A DNA stretch of 64,000 bases from Glaucostegus cemiculus. Its lineage: Eukaryota. The position numbers and the translations under genes are program-made. The DNA lies in assembly GCA_976551045.1 (NCBI GenBank), contig CDPCPM010000213.1, forward strand, positions 4,030,001-4,094,000. The letters run 5' to 3'. Positions within the stretch are counted from its first letter, which is position 1. Every line of letters starts with the position of its first letter. Of the stretch, positions 63,635 to 64,000 are shown piece by piece. The notes under the pieces were generated by a model. It saw nothing but the letters and a program-made list of their open reading frames with translations. It had not been told where the DNA came from and searched no databases.

Positions 63635-64000
63635 CCTCCACTCACGTTTGCTCACTAAAGGCCAACTCAAACTTTGTCATCAAACATCCTGACAAGGGCA
63701 GAGCTGTCGTATGGCAAATTGATAGCTTCCTCATGGAGGCTTATCACCAGCTCTCTGATATCTCCATACATCTCTCTGGATCACAACTCCACAGAGAACA
63801 TCAGGCTATTGCCTCTCAGTAAATGACACTGCCTCTACCCTCTGTCTTCTAATGGCACATAACCAGCTTCCATTTCCTGCACCGATCCACAAGACCCATT
63901 GTTTTAGTCTGCTCTTGTACCACATAATGTATTTCTTCCTACTTGATTCTATTTTGCCTTCTCTGTTCAAGTCTCTTCCCATTCAGATTCATGATACCCA
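63635..64000 (+). mobile_element. Penelope-like RT N-terminal region (runs off the window)
   Basis: SLKANSNFVIKHPDKGRAVVWQIDSFLMEAYHQLSD resembles the Penelope IKPADKG.AVVVW....Y..EA..QLSD motif. Confidence 0.75.

Noticed and set aside
54027-64000. Main promoter and first non-coding exon of the HDAC gene
   Set aside because: No CpG island or clear first exon seen; probably beyond the right edge of the window.

Overview
AT-rich vertebrate DNA whose repeat families (CR1 LINEs, V-SINE/HE1-type SINEs, Penelope-like elements, Rex1/Babar, fish-type L1) point to a cartilaginous fish, probably a ray or shark. The window lies inside the 5' part of a class IIa histone deacetylase gene on the minus strand, most likely HDAC5 (HDAC4/HDAC9 not excluded). 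The start-codon exon is at 53837-54026 and codes MSSPDNT. A ~50-kb intron follows, then a 72-bp phase-1/1 exon at 3739-3810 (D-GVSGREQPLELLPQNRIHTMPTS). That exon also extends 5' in frame into a probable alternative first exon (MLLKPTVPRLKKMLQTIYETESCFSS), with a candidate internal promoter carrying MEF2/RORE/CCAAT motifs. The rest is intron, largely decayed retroelements; almost all ORF-track entries are spurious or transposon remnants. Main observations: the dual-use splice acceptor and internal promoter; two AUG-UAG start-stop elements in the 5'UTR; a three-level nested insertion (LINE < L1 < solo LTR) with readable target-site duplications; and palindromic Penelope-derived mini-elements with degenerate hammerhead-ribozyme cores. 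I found no convincing wholly new multi-gene system. Family assignments come from recalled motifs rather than database searches, and repeat boundaries are approximate.
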